A stretch of 62,554 nt of DNA, the filler included, from Sphacelaria rigidula (Eukaryota), in NCBI GenBank assembly GCA_964200075.2. It is 7 parts of 7 records of this genome, joined end to end, with 100 filler letters (N's around TTAATTAATTAA, not from the genome) between each part and the next. Parts side by side here need not be neighbours in the genome. Positions count along the whole stretch, not along the records: positions 17,904 to 26,754 come from CAXNAA020009939.1; positions 26,855 to 35,705 come from CAXNAA020009940.1; positions 35,806 to 44,656 come from CAXNAA020009941.1; 4 more parts are not named here. One strand, given 5' to 3'. The notes below the pieces were generated by a model, which did not search any database, was not told the DNA's origin, and saw only the letters and a list, made by a program, of their open reading frames with translations. Position numbers and translations under genes: made by a program. Numbering within the stretch: the first letter of the stretch is position 1; every line of letters begins with the position of its first letter. Shown here in pieces: positions 26,701 to 39,022 of the stretch.

Positions 26701-29700
26701 TTCAACAGTGTTTTCGTGAGATTGAGAGTAGATGATACGATTGAGATTGGCTTTNNNNNNNNNNNNNNNNNNNNNNNNNNNNNNNNNNNNNNNNNNNNTT
26801 AATTAATTAANNNNNNNNNNNNNNNNNNNNNNNNNNNNNNNNNNNNNNNNNNNNGTTGCTTGCCTTAGTCATTTGACCATTGACCACGCATCCCTTTCGA
26901 GACGGAGCACCGTTCCTACTGCTTGTTTTGGGGGGGGGGGGCTATCGTAGAAAGTGTCAGTATCAGTAGAGCACTACTGAAAACTAGGATCACGGACAAC
27001 TAACAAAAGCTTCGAAACGGAATCCGAGAAAGAAACCAACGTGTGGGCAGAGGCAAAGGTATAGGCATCAAAACGGGAAGATAGCGGTTCAAAGAAATCG
27101 CAGAAAACGTTCACAAGAGAGGAAATAAAGGAGTGTGCAGCTGAACTTAACAATAGAAAAGCAGCAGGGGTAAAGGAAATACTGAACGCGTTTGTTCATA
27201 AAGTACGGTGGAGAGAAAATGATTTTCATGATCTTCTTGCTGTATACCAGGTTCTGGGAAAACAATACACACCCACGAGGTGGAGAGAGGAGGAGTAGCA
27301 GTAGTAGTAACCCCATTCAAGAAAGGAGATGAGACTGATCCAGGAAATTGTGGAGGGAGGACGCTGCTTGTCACCACATTCTGTAAGATTCTGAACGATA
27401 TACTATTGGCAATCCTGGACACGGAAGAAAACATCAGCGAAGGACAAGCAGCGTTTAGACCAAACCGTGGCTGCGTAGATTATGTAACCACATTAGGTAA
27501 GAGCATTCAAGGTGGCCGCGGGGTTAACTAAGAACTCTCTGTTTCTTTCTGGACGTACAGAAGGCCCATGACGCAGTTTGGAGAAATGGGTTACGGAAAA
27601 AAATGTGGGCGACTGAGATCAGCGGAACGATGTGGAAAATAGTGAAAACAAATACAGAATGTGCGAGAAGTGTTACGATGCTAGATGGGGAAGAATCGAA
27701 ACAGTTTGATACCTTGCAAGGAGTTACACAAGGACATACGTTATCACCCACTTTATTCAAGGTTTATTTCGGCCTGGTAATAGTAATAGAAGTAGCAAAG
27801 CAAGGGGTCAAGGTGTGGGAAGGGACGGTATCGAGATTCATATTAGCTGATGATTTTGTGAGGATACCAGAAACAGCAGAAGCATTGCAGAACAACTAGA
27901 AAAGGCGCTAGAATACGCTAGGAGATGGAGGGTGACAGCGAGCGTGAACAAATGGGCGGTACTCGTCTGTAAGGAAGATAAGAAGAACCCGGCAGAGTTC
28001 AAGTGGAAGTGGAAAAGGAGAGGAAGTGCAGATCGTAGATCAGCATACATTCCTTGGCGTAGAGATATCAATAACTCTTCTTGGGATACACATATGGATA
28101 AAACAAAAGGAAAATGTGAGGCACAGATAGGCAGGATGAACTTGATCCCAAGAGACTCGCACCTACATAGTACGATTGAGAGATGTATCCTGATGAACGC
28201 GATTGTACCAAAGGTAGGATATGCATGAGAAATATGGGAAGGGAACGCGAAGTTGATACAGAAGCTGGAAACAGTACAGACGGCAGCGGCTAAGAATATA
28301 CTTTGATGATTGATACTCAAAAACGATGAGAAATACAGCACTGAAAGCAGGATTGTGAATGTACTCACTCGAAACAAACAGAGACACGATAAAATTGAAA
28401 TGACAATACAACGTGACGAACATTGCAAGGGAGAGGTTACCAGTCATAGATGATAGGGCTGTATGAAAGGAGCGTCACGGAATGGTAGGCTAGAATGGGA
28501 TGGGGTATCATAATCGAGAAAAGTATGGATATAGATAGAAGGAAATCAAGACGAGATAATGCCCATAGTTGAAGGTGAGGGGTACAAGAAAAAAGTAGGA
28601 GACACGATAGAAAAATGAGAAAAATAAACGAGGAAGAGCGCCTGAAGATTTGCGGGGGTTGAGAGAGGGATTGGGATGAAAACATACCTGCGTGGCCCAT
28701 GGGCTCCGCGGAAAATCGAAAGTGTGGTTTCGGGTGGGGGACCTGAACCTGCCAGCAATGAGGTAAACCAGGAGTCGAGTGGAGGAAGAAGTAGATGCAC
28801 ATAATTTGCTCCTGTGGAAAAGCAATAGAGAGTAGAACTCATATAGTCGCAGAATGTGAACTATATAACGAGGAACGGGATGTGCTAGAGGGGTAAAATG
28901 GGACATGGAAGTAAATGAAGGTGGCATGAAATCGTGAGATGTACTTGACCGTAGCGGGAAACAATGGCTATGCTAGGAGATAGATGGTGGTCACAAACGG
29001 CGAAACTGGACGGGGATGAGATATGCAAACGGTTTTTGTGTAATGTATTGAAGAAACATTATAAGCACCTAAATGTTGGAGGTGTCTCCATTAGGAGTAG
29101 GAACGGTGCCCCGTCTCGAAAGGGATGCAAAATCACTGGTGAAACGACCAAGGCAAGCAACGAATGAGTAGTTCCCCCCCCCCCCCCCCCCTCGGTACAC
29201 GCCGTTTATTTTGGTCTCGCCTATTGGGTCAGCTCTCCCGCACCGCGTCAACTCTCATCGAACGAACTCAGTCAACTACTCTTTGTTCATTCACGTACTC
29301 ACGCTTTCGACGGTGGAAGTCAGATACTTCGAACACAACACCCAACGAATCCAGAATCGAACCCACGTTCCCTCCACCCTAGTGGGGACAGTCAGACCAT
29401 TACACCACCAGGGCGCGGCGGCCGATGCGGGGAGAAAATGAAGGTCATGAAGGGTCGCTTGGTACATTCGACAGTAGCAAGAAAATCATTGCTACCCTAG
29501 GAGACAGACGGTGGCCACAGACGGCGAAACAGGAAGGGGACAAGATACGTGTAGAAGAAACGAAACAAGCGCCCAAATGTTGGAGGTGTCTCTATTAGGA
29601 GTGGGAACTGTGCTCCGTCTCGACAGGGATGTGTGGTCAGTGGTCAAATGACTAAGGCAAGCAACGGATAAGCACGCCCCCCCCCCCCCCCCTCCCCCCT

Positions 29701-32013
29701 CTCCTCGCCCCCTCTCTAGATACCATTTTGTTCTCACTCCCAGCTGCACACCATAATATCGCGGTCGACCTATTCTTTACCGTACATGCTTGGGTCAGAA
29801 TTTAGCTTGGAGTCTCATTTGGATGGATGGGCGATCGAAAACTTATGTTTCTTTGTCCGGATTATATTTGTACTGTTTACGACCGCGCATTAGGGTGTTT
29901 TGGCCGTCCTGGTTGCTCTGGCTCACGGCCTTACATGTATCCCACATGCGTATGAGCCAAAGCTGAGTTCCTCGTTGTCACGCGTTGTTTGGTAGTACAC
30001 TATCGCAGGTCCAACCGATGAATACCTCACTTGCATAGAAGCAACGCTTATCGGTTGAGGTGTGGAATAGGAGGTCCGTTTACCATTTGGTCGGACAAGA
30101 AATATCTCGGGAATACGTCAGGTCGAACAAACGCTCACACTAAGCCGAATCCCAACCCGAGGCATACCGGGAGTCTCCGGCGAAAAGGGTGAAAAGTGCT
30201 CCCTAGGCAAAGTGTGGCGCTGGTAGAACTCAAACCGACGCCTAGATCGGAGCCTGCAGCGCCGACTTAGACGAGGACGTGTTCTGCGCACATTATGAAC
30301 ACTTGGGACTGCCAGCCTCACTGAAGATCCGAATATCGGTTTTCACTCCGAAATCATGTACCAAAATTCCGGGGAAAAACCAGTCGACCAAGCAATCAAT
30401 TCCGTTGTGGAATATACGGGCTTTGTCCTGTGGGTTTCACAGTAAAACGTTTCGGTATTTTTACGCTTCTCTTCGCATGGAGACAACATTGGTTTCTTCG
30501 TATATTTCAAGTCTACCGGCGTGAACATGACATCCCGGTTGAAAGAAACGATGCAACTGCAATAAAGGCCTGTCTAGGCGGGCTCGTGTCACAAGGATAC
30601 GAGGGTGCATGCTGTATCGCGAGAAGCGATATTTATGACGGTTTCATAAGTGCTACATCGTTTCGTACACCCGTAACCCCTAGGCCTGAGGCAACAACGC
30701 CGCGCTGGGAATAATTTCGAGTCAGGTGAGAGCACTGCTCAGCCCCTGCCGTCTAGCACTCCTACTGGATGGATTGATTCGACTTCGGTGACTGCGATAC
30801 GAAGCATGAAACGGGATGATACAAGAACAACGGGAACATGAGTTATGAGCTCCTGTACCTGAACGATAGGTACAGGAATAAATGCCTACTCAGTGAGTGT
30901 TTAGGGAGAGAGGGCGAGGGTCTGCGACATATGTATAAATTCGTATGTGTAATGTTTCTTTCCCGACAATGGCAGGCTCAGAACAGGCGGTTGAGAACTT
31001 TGTGACTCAGAAGACACAAAACAATGAAGACCATCGATGATGGTTGAGATCGCCATCTCGAGGAGGGCGCAATGCTACAGCTCGCCGCTGCGAGGGCTAC
31101 AAGAGAGTGCTGGAGACAAAAGTCTTGACCCACCGGCGTGGAGTTGAACTTTGGCCGCAACGTAGTTATCCTAGCCGCCACTCCCCCCAGAAACGCACCA
31201 CGTTGGCTTTGATTGAGGTGGGGCTTTTTCCTACTGCTGTTTGCTTGGGTCTGTTTACCCTTGTTGTGATATCGTGCTCGACGCTGCGAGGGCCACAAGA
31301 GAGTGCTGGAGACAAAAGTCTTGGCCCACCGGCGTGGAGTTGGACTTTGGCCTCAACGTAGTTATCCTAGCCACCACTCCCCCCAGAAACGGACCACGTT
31401 GGCGTTGATTCAGGTGATGCTTTTTCCTACTGCTGTTTGCTTGGGTCTGTTTACCCTTGTTGTGATATCCTAGAGTTCTTGCTCCGCCTCTGCTTGCCTG
31501 TTTTACAGTCATCTGTTCTCAAGCAGTAGCTTTCATTGTTTTTATATTAATTTTGGTCGGTTGTTCTCTGTGTTGAGCTATTTCTCGTTTCCTTTGCTGT
31601 CGCATCCTATTGTTCTCCTCCAATCTGGCGATTGTGTCCATCAATCACGTGATGTATGCATAGATATACAATACTATCTATGCGTATCAGGGACAACTGC
31701 GTTTTTGCCCAAGATCGTCTCTTCAGGTGGTTGAGTGTTGATGTACACTACATGAGCCCATATCTTTCATGCCATGTGCCCTTATTTTCAGAGCTGCACA
31801 TATTGTCCGATGCCTAAAAGCAAATTCTTAGTCTGCCATTGCAGGGAGGCAACAATTATTAAAATAGTCTGGGACCGCTCTTGTATTGTACTCACGTACT
31901 CAATCAACCGTTTCTTCGTGGGTTAAAATCACGCACCCCTTGACCATATATTAACTAGGATGCACAACGTCAACCAGGAGAAATTCGCACTCGAACACCA
32001 AAACATCAACAGC

Positions 32014-32046
<33 letters not shown>

Positions 32047-34978
32047 AACAACAACAATAACAACAACAACAACAACAACAACAATGACACGGCCAGCAGC
32101 AACATGGCCAACAACAGGATCGACCCGCGGCAGCCACTGCAGACCCAATCCGCGCAACAACATCTCGAAGGGGTCGGGCGTGGTGTCGACTACGACGACT
32201 TTATCGATGCCGTAATGAGGACGACATCGCCGCCCTCTGTTACCCCCGGGCTCAACCTTGGACCGCCCGGGCCGGACGACTCTATGGGTCCGCTTATCAG
32301 GATGAGAACATTCCCACGAGTGTCAAACTTAACTCGAGATTACTGGGGGGAGATAGACAGCATTAGGCGAGTAGTGAACGGATCCCATGTGGCCGGCCCC
32401 ACTCATCAAGCCGCCCATGGCAGCGACGATGCCCGAGGCGAACCGGGTGCCAATGGATCGGGTTTCACCGGACCGACCCTGAACGGATTCGGCACGGTAA
32501 GAGACTCGTATGTTGTCCAGGGACAAGGTTCGGCGGTGCGAGTGCATCCGATGGATGTTGAGACGCGGAACGTTGACCGCGGGTGGCAGAATGCCGACGT
32601 GACGAACTACATGGATCTGTGGAGGACGCGGCGGCGGGATTTCATGGTTGAGCGGGACTCCACCGCTAACTTTGCAAGGTTGGTAGAGGCTGTGGTGGTG
32701 AGATTGGAGGCCGCACCGTCTGGGGAGGAATGCGACGAGATTAGTAGCGCGGTGAGTGGAGAATTGTCGCGATGCTGTCACAAAGTTGTCCACATATTCG
32801 TGTCATGATTCAGACTGTGGCGTTCTTTGGCTGTCGACCAGGATCCGGTTCGTTCGGGGCAGACCAGTGCTCCTACATCACCTTGCAGGTGCAGCGTCGT
32901 TTGTGCAACACGAGACACTACGTATACACGCCCGTTAAAGCTCAGCGTTCGTGACTGAACGAAACCGTAGTCAAAGTCCAGAGCTCATCAAGAAGTACCC
33001 ACAGCATTTTTCCACGCTATCAATTGTGGTAGCCATGCTGGTCGAGCTAGATCATATTGTGCGGGTTGGGAGAACTTCAACTCCGCGCAGAGGAGATGAT
33101 CGTACTACGTCGTGCCTACATGGTGAGACACCCATGAGGCAGTGTGTAAGACGTGGCTGTCTCTGGAAGTGACGATACCAGAAATGGACCAATTTATTCG
33201 AGGCTGCCATCCAAATGCAAAAATACACAGTACGCTTCGGGTCGAACAAGCTTAGCACAGCGCGGCTGACCCTTCATGCGACTCGCCGAACACACCACGG
33301 CGCTCCGCGCTTGGTGATTGATTGCGAGCTTGGTCCGGCGAAAACCCGGCGTACTCCGTCCCGGCTTTGTAGGGATACGAGATCAATGGTCTGATGACTA
33401 TGGCATGCAAGATCATGAGTACATCCCCCCCAGCAAACAACCCCCCCTGCCGCCCCGACCCTCTCTTTAGCCCTCCGGCCTGTGCACCCCTCCTGCCCTG
33501 CCGTCCGCCACCCGATGCACACATCACCTCAATCCCCCTTTATTCTGTATTCCCGCATAGGCATTGCACCTGCTGCACGTACTGTCGGACGACGCAAGGC
33601 AGCGAGCGGTGCTGCGAACCCCCCGCGTGCTGCAAGTCGCGGCGCCCTTCATTCTGCCGGCCAGCCCCGGTCTGCAGGGTTGTCGCGGCGGCAACGGCGG
33701 TGGCGGTGGCCGCGTTAGTGACGGCAGCAGCAGCGAGATCGGGATTGGTCGCCCGTGGTACGGCAGTGCCCCCGAGAAATGGGGTAACTCCGGGTCCTCT
33801 CGGTGGAGCACTCCGCCATACTTGTCTGCAAATGAGGCGGCGCGTTTGCTCGTGGATCAGCTCGCGCCAAACGGGTGGGTGAAAGAACAGACAGGGATCG
33901 ATCCACACGCGCGTGTTTTTGTTGATGATGGAGCTTGTGACCATCTATTGTGTGTGTGTTGTTATTTCATCTGCTTTGGCCGCCGGTCTTCACCTTTCGG
34001 TATATGTGAGCGCACCAGCCGGAGTAACACAGGAGGAAGGTCAACACAGGAGTTTTTATTTTATTTTTTATTTGCTTATAATGTCCCCCCTTCCTTCTGA
34101 GCTGCTCGCCTTCATTTTTTATCGCAAGAGAGGTTCAGCATTCCCTTACCCTCGTCGACCATTGAGTCGAAAGTTGTATACCCACGACATAGTCACTATC
34201 CACCGTTGGGCATGGTGTGGGAAAATATCCCAGGTCGCTCCGAGAATTGAACCCACGACCCAACCGTCAGAAGGTTTCGAAGTTACCAACTGAGCCACCG
34301 GGGCGACCGGCTTTATTCTATCCGGAATTTCGCTCCATCTGTATTGAGGGAGGAAGACTAGGTAACACATATACGCGTACACGCCGCTGGTGGAATCATA
34401 ATTGTGAGAGACTTCGGCATGGACGTGAAGTAAATTCGGCCTGTTTGTTGTATCTCTTCCCACCGATTTTCATGTTTTTTTTCGTTCCCTTGTTGCGGAA
34501 GTTTTCGGCGCTTTCAAAAGTAGCCGGCGTTAGTCTTCGCGTGAGACACTCTCTGTAGTTCATGAAAGCGGGACACTGGCGAGTAGTGGCATGCCGCTGC
34601 TCGCTGCTCTGGTGCATCAATGCCTGCTCCTTTCGTTGCGTTTATTCTGTTTTTCCCTTCTTGGTTTTCTCCATTCTTTGTCATATTTCCTTCGAGTTTC
34701 TTTCAGCGAACCTTTCCGTTCGTTTTACGTTGGGCGCGTCAATCTCGTCACGGCGGCTGAATTTTTCACACCCTAGATTTGATTATATCAGTAGCTTACA
34801 TTGCCAAATAGTGTACTGCACACAGTATAGGATATTTTTTTCTATTGCAATATGCGCGGTAGTCAGTGCGGTGCGCTGTACAGATTTTGACAGTGTGATC
34901 TGTTGTCATCATCTAGGATGTGGAATGTTTTGATGATTCAGCTCACGTGCGACGGTCAATCGCTGGATGAATTATTGA
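15205..34978 (+). CDS. Large multi-exon gene of unknown function. Candidate exons 15205-15353, 16162-16362, 17372-17510, 20681-22045, 25084-25299, 31959-32751, 32814-32888, 33561-33874, 34942-34978; further 5' and internal exons likely. Could be two genes.
   Basis: Open reading segments bounded by AG and GT. Phases are compatible across the listed exons except 17510->20681, which needs an extra exon. Includes a 455-codon Gly/Ser/Asp-rich exon and a poly-Asn exon. No recognisable domain. Confidence 0.55.
15991..16122 (+). mobile_element. 5'-truncated 3' end of LINE family A, followed by (CCCGT)n
   Basis: tctattaggagtaggaacg...atggtcaaacgac...aatgagta matches the terminal part of the LINE (29040-29170). 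Confidence 0.8.
24230..24900. repeat. Degenerate minisatellite-like array (g.cgttctcggataac/gagcagg units) with an inserted LINE-A 3' end at 24761-24830 (-)
   Basis: Recurrent ggacgttct/gggcattct, cggataaca and gtgagcagg motifs; tactcatttgttgcttgccttagtcgttt is the reverse complement of the LINE-A tail. Confidence 0.55.
26093..26290 (+). mobile_element. 5'-truncated LINE-A copy with C-rich tracts on both sides
   Basis: ctaggagatcgacggtggccacag...aaggcaagcaacaaatgagta; ccccctgcccc occurs on both flanks. Confidence 0.85.
27050..29170 (+). mobile_element. Degenerate non-LTR retrotransposon (LINE family A): RT region plus 3' end
   Basis: Frameshifted RT motifs FKKGDETDPGN..QAAFRPNRGCVD, FLDVQKAHDAVWRNGL, GVTQGHTLSPTLF and LADDFV. 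Ends aaggcaagcaacgaatgagta followed by poly(C). Confidence 0.92.
29192..29415 (-). mobile_element. tRNA-derived SINE
   Basis: Minus strand starts ggtggtgtaatggt (A-box-like) ... gggttcgattc (B-box). Body is shared with 53165-53425. Confidence 0.7.
29497..29673 (+). mobile_element. 5'-truncated LINE-A copy followed by poly(C)
   Basis: Same 3' segment as 26093-26290. Confidence 0.8.
31086..31469 (+). repeat. Tandem duplication of ~188 bp (31086-31273 and 31282-31469)
   Basis: cgctgcgaggg...tttacccttgttgtgatatc occurs twice with scattered substitutions. Confidence 0.9.
32005..32085 (+). repeat. (AAC)n microsatellite encoding poly-Asn inside the 31959-32751 exon
   Basis: AAC run with AAT interruptions, in frame with ORF 31960-32808. 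Confidence 0.9.
33010..33421 (+). mobile_element. Retroposon-like family B copy ending AAGATCATGAGTA followed by a C-run
   Basis: ~400-bp collinear similarity to 48760-49163; partial copies at 8652, 35649, 48620 and 62475. Confidence 0.8.
34112..34310 (-). mobile_element. tRNA-derived SINE (second family)
   Basis: Minus strand ggtcgccccggtggctcagttggtaac...gtgggttcaattc has A- and B-boxes followed by a non-tRNA body. Confidence 0.7.
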
Positions 34979-35011
34979 CACTCGGTTTTTCAGAAGGTAA
35001 ATCATGTAGAG

Positions 35012-35328
35012 CAGTGGCCTAGGAAAGGTATACCTTCTCGTTTTTTCCCCAAGAAAAGTTCGAAAACGGACCAGAAACGCGAAAACAGCAAAACACTCGG
35101 TCTAGACCGATTTCGCTCCGAATGTTTCACACACGACGATCGGGGATCTCCCCGGCACCCGGGCCCAGAAAATTAACGAGAAAAAAACATGTTGCTACTC
35201 GCGAGATGTGGCCATGCGCAAAAGGACGTCTCGCCTCCAGAAACCACTTCCCCTTTCTAGGCCAAGTTTCGGCCAGGTATACCTGATCTAGAAATTCTTT
35301 TTCAATCGTACCTTATCTAGGCCACCAG
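35012..35328. mobile_element. Probable MITE with gtggcctag..aaggta TIRs
   Basis: Left cagtggcctaggaaaggtata; right end reverse complement tggtggcctagataaggtacg. No clear TSD. Confidence 0.5.
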
Positions 35329-37126
35329 TCGGCCGAGAAAGTACCTGTCCTGGACCTGGACCTGACGCGGCACACTGCGCGCAAGGGAAGTTACGCGCCA
35401 ACTCCAACCATGGCGCCAACACATTTGGCTCTTTTCCCCGCTCATTTGCCGTCCACCAACGCCACAACGACCATGCCCATTTCTCCCTGGAAATGGTTCC
35501 CGAGCCTCTCCGCATCGACACAACGCGTCGGTCTTTTGCGCTTGCGGAGTGTTATGTAACATCGTGTCGTTGCCATCTGGGGCTGGTGCTATTTTCCGTA
35601 TTAACCCTTCTGGGACCCTTTCCCCCCACAATCGCGTTAGACACATATGAGGCAATGTATAAGCCGTGGCTGTCTCTGGAAGTGGCGATACCAGATGATG
35701 AAGCANNNNNNNNNNNNNNNNNNNNNNNNNNNNNNNNNNNNNNNNNNNNTTAATTAATTAANNNNNNNNNNNNNNNNNNNNNNNNNNNNNNNNNNNNNNN
35801 NNNNNATAGGCATAAAAAATAAGAAACTAGGTGACTGGGGAGCCCCTTCCCAACTAAGAAACGTACAGTACCTTCTATATCTAGCCCCCCCCCCCCCCCC
35901 TGCTAATCTGTACTTTTTGTGGGAGCGGCATTCGTTCTTAAGTTACGGCTGTTTCATGCGGCGAGATCGATACCGGTTGGGGCTGTGCTTTGAAACATAA
36001 GAAAACACAATATAAGAAAAAACACAACATACGCTGGTGTTTGCGCCCGAAATAAGACTTTGAGCCTCAACCCCAAATTAACGTTTCTCATCTCCTGGCC
36101 GCAACTGTACCTCTGATGGGCGCTGCCTGGATTTGGTTGATTTCCGGTTTGTTGGGTGCCGCTTCAAGTGATTCTTCAGGGATCTAGTCGTGGTCACATA
36201 ATAGACGTACCCGATAGAAGAGAAGTAAAATTGAGACACTCGTTCAAGAAAATCAAGAAAACATAAAAGTTAGAACAAACAAAGAGAGTAGGCTAAGAGA
36301 AAAAGAAAAGAATCAAAAAGAAAAACTCGAAATCGTCGCGGCCTTTGCCACATGGCTTCGGGGGAAAAGGTCTCGCGCATAACCACCGTCATACCCCATC
36401 GTAGAAAACAAAAGCCGTGGAACAGATTGCGGCTCATCGATCACGACCTCACATTTTGGGTATGAGCCTCTCTCATCCATAAACCCTACGAAAGCTAGGC
36501 AACAAACTGCTCTAGCAACACCGGCAGGAAGGACACGTGCACAGAGGGAAAGCGATAGGAAAAGATGAAGAGAACTGAAAAGGAGACTACAGAAGTGATG
36601 GAATGAAACCCTAAGGATACAATACACCACCGTGGAGCAGGTTCAAACACACACCAGCAGGCACCGCGGAACCACTGACGAAGACAACAACCGATAGGGA
36701 CGGTTGCCTGGACGGCAAGATATCCGTGATTGGTTGAAAGCAGCTTCGAAAAAGCTGTCGTGGGGCTGAAAATAATGTCAGAAATCCGTATTTTGCCCGG
36801 AATAAGCAAAAAAATCAGGCGCGTGGAAGAGTTGTGGGCTACCCTGGTACTCACATATGGAAGGGGAATCATCTTGGAAAACAAATCATGCCCCCCCCGC
36901 TCTTGCACAACACGTAACTGAAGCGGGGTCTTGTCGGAAGTGACCATCACTTTTACGAGAATCACTCTTGTAAAAAACAACCGATGATTGGTTACTGCGA
37001 CTCCACCTCCCGCAAAAAAGTGCCAAAAAATCACTTCTGCAAAAGCGATTTCAGGAAGTACTGAAACACTTCCTTGACCCTTTGACTGCGGTGCGGGTAG
37101 TCCATCTGGATCACGCACAAGTTTAA

Positions 37127-37228
37127 CCTTTTGACCGCGAGGGTAGGCGACCTGCTAAATCGGCATCAATATTCACTTGAAAAAAGTGTGCATGAACCAG
37201 ATGGACTACCCACATCGCCGTCCAAGGG
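37127..37228. mobile_element. 102-bp piggyBac-type MITE flanked by TTAA
   Basis: ttaa|ccttttgac...gtccaaggg|ttaa. Confidence 0.75.
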
Positions 37229-37771
37229 TTAACCCCTTTAGGACCGGGCCTCCAGATCGACCAATTAGGCTGGTTGGGAATGGCGTGCCAGGTGTCTGCA
37301 CGAAACAGTGGCTTCATGTTGCTGCAAATCCACGTTTTGGAGAAGTGATTGCCCCCACAACGACCAGTGTTGAGTCTTCTCGACAAGCAGTTTGGTTCAA
37401 ATCGAAGCTCAGATCTGACACAGCGACACAGCTACAAAAATGCGGTGGTTCTGGAAGTGGCCGTTATCAGTCCAATATCTGTAAACTGCTGCGGACGAGA
37501 CTCAACGAGGTAACACAGCGCCGACACACCGAGCCACGGAAACCCACGTACAGACACCCGCCACTCACACGCGTTAGCTCAGGCGCTAGCTCTTGATAAT
37601 CTACACACGGCAGTCTTTGATGGAAGTCCGTCCAGTATTGGATGGGAGGCGGCCGCATGCGTGTCACATGGCACAAGCGAAAACGTGCCGTTGCTCATTG
37701 TTTTTGAGCGTGTGCTGTGCGCGCATCTCACGCAAATAATCGATTATCACTGAAGTCTGTACCGATTTAAG

Positions 37772-38443
37772 CAGAGCTATACAGGTTACACGTGCCAAAG
37801 CGTTACATGTTACGTTCAAGTTACGTTTTGGCCGAAACGAAACGTGAACGTTATATATATATATATATATTTACGTGATGAACGTAACGTACACGTAACG
37901 TTAAATTTTCAAATGTAACGTTAACGTAACGTTAAAAAAAATTGCGTGATGAACGTAACGTTAATTTTTTTCACGTGATGGACGTAACGTAAACGTAACG
38001 TTAATTTTTCGAATGTAACGTTAACGTAACGTTGAATATTTTTACGTGACATACGTCACGTAACGTGAACGTTTTTTTTTACGTGATGAACGTAACATGA
38101 ACGTGAACGTGTACATGTATAGTTAGGCTTATGCACGTTACACGTGCCATAGCGTTACACGTTACGTTTACGTTACGTTTTGGCCGAAACGTAACTTGAA
38201 CGTCAATTTTTTTGACGTGATTAACGTAACGTAAACGTCACGTTGAATCTTAAAATGTAACGTGAACGTAACTTTATTTTTTTTAACGTGATGAACGTAA
38301 CGTGAACGTAACGTTAAATTTTCAAATGTAACGTTCACTTGGAGTTATATTTTTTTGCGTGACACACGTCACGTAACGTGAACGTTCTTTTTTTTACGTG
38401 ATGAACGTAACGTGAACGTGAACGTGTAACGTGTATAGCCCTG
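37772..38443. mobile_element. hAT-type MITE dimer rich in AACGT/ACGTT repeats, with perfect 8-bp TSD GATTTAAG
   Basis: gatttaag|cagagctatacaggttacacgt ... acgtgtaacgtgtatagccctg|gatttaag. An internal second unit starts at ~38123. Confidence 0.9.
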
Positions 38444-38653
38444 GATTTAAGCAAGGTCACGCACAGCATGCTCAGCTAATGAGCAGTAACGAATGGAACG
38501 GTGTGTTTTTGGTTTGCGAGAGCAATGTGATCCTCAGGTTCACGTTTGATTGTGTTGACTCGTCTGTCAAGCCCTTGGTTATGCCCCTGTCAACGGGACG
38601 TTTTATGGTCCCATTCGAGGTGTCACAAAATCACTTTTGCAAAATTGATTCAA

Positions 38654-39022
38654 CCCCTTCACCTCGAGGGTAGGTCACCTGCTGAATCGGCATCAATATT
38701 CCCTTGAAAAAAGTATGCGGGATCCAGATGGACTACCCGCACCGCTGTCTAGGGTATACTTCTTTCAAGTGAAATTGATACCGAATCAGCAAAATCGTTG
38801 TCGAAGGGTCAACACTTGGACGGCGGTGCGGGTAGTCCATCTGGATCATGAATACTTTTTTCAAGTGAAAGTTGGTGCCGATTCAGCAGGTGGCCTACCC
38901 TCACGGTCGAAGGGTTAACCTTTAGACCAAGGTGCGGGTGGTGGTCCATCTGGATCACGCATATTTTTTCAAGTGAAATTGATGCCGACTCAGCAGGTCA
39001 CCTACCCTCGAGGGTCAAAGGG
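38654..39022. mobile_element. Cluster of the ~100-bp piggyBac-type MITE (38654-38754, a partial copy, 38813-38914, 38919-39022)
   Basis: Units homologous to 37127-37228 in both orientations; junction aaggg|TTAA|ccttt at 38915-38918. Confidence 0.8.

Noticed and set aside
31929-32163. Poly-Leu and poly-Val ORFs on the minus strand
   Set aside because: Antisense shadows of the (AAC)n tract.
34235-34310. Possible tRNA gene on the minus strand (likewise ~29350-29415 and ~53365-53425)
   Set aside because: A and B boxes are present but I see no proper acceptor stem, and each is fused to a repeat body; treated as SINE heads.
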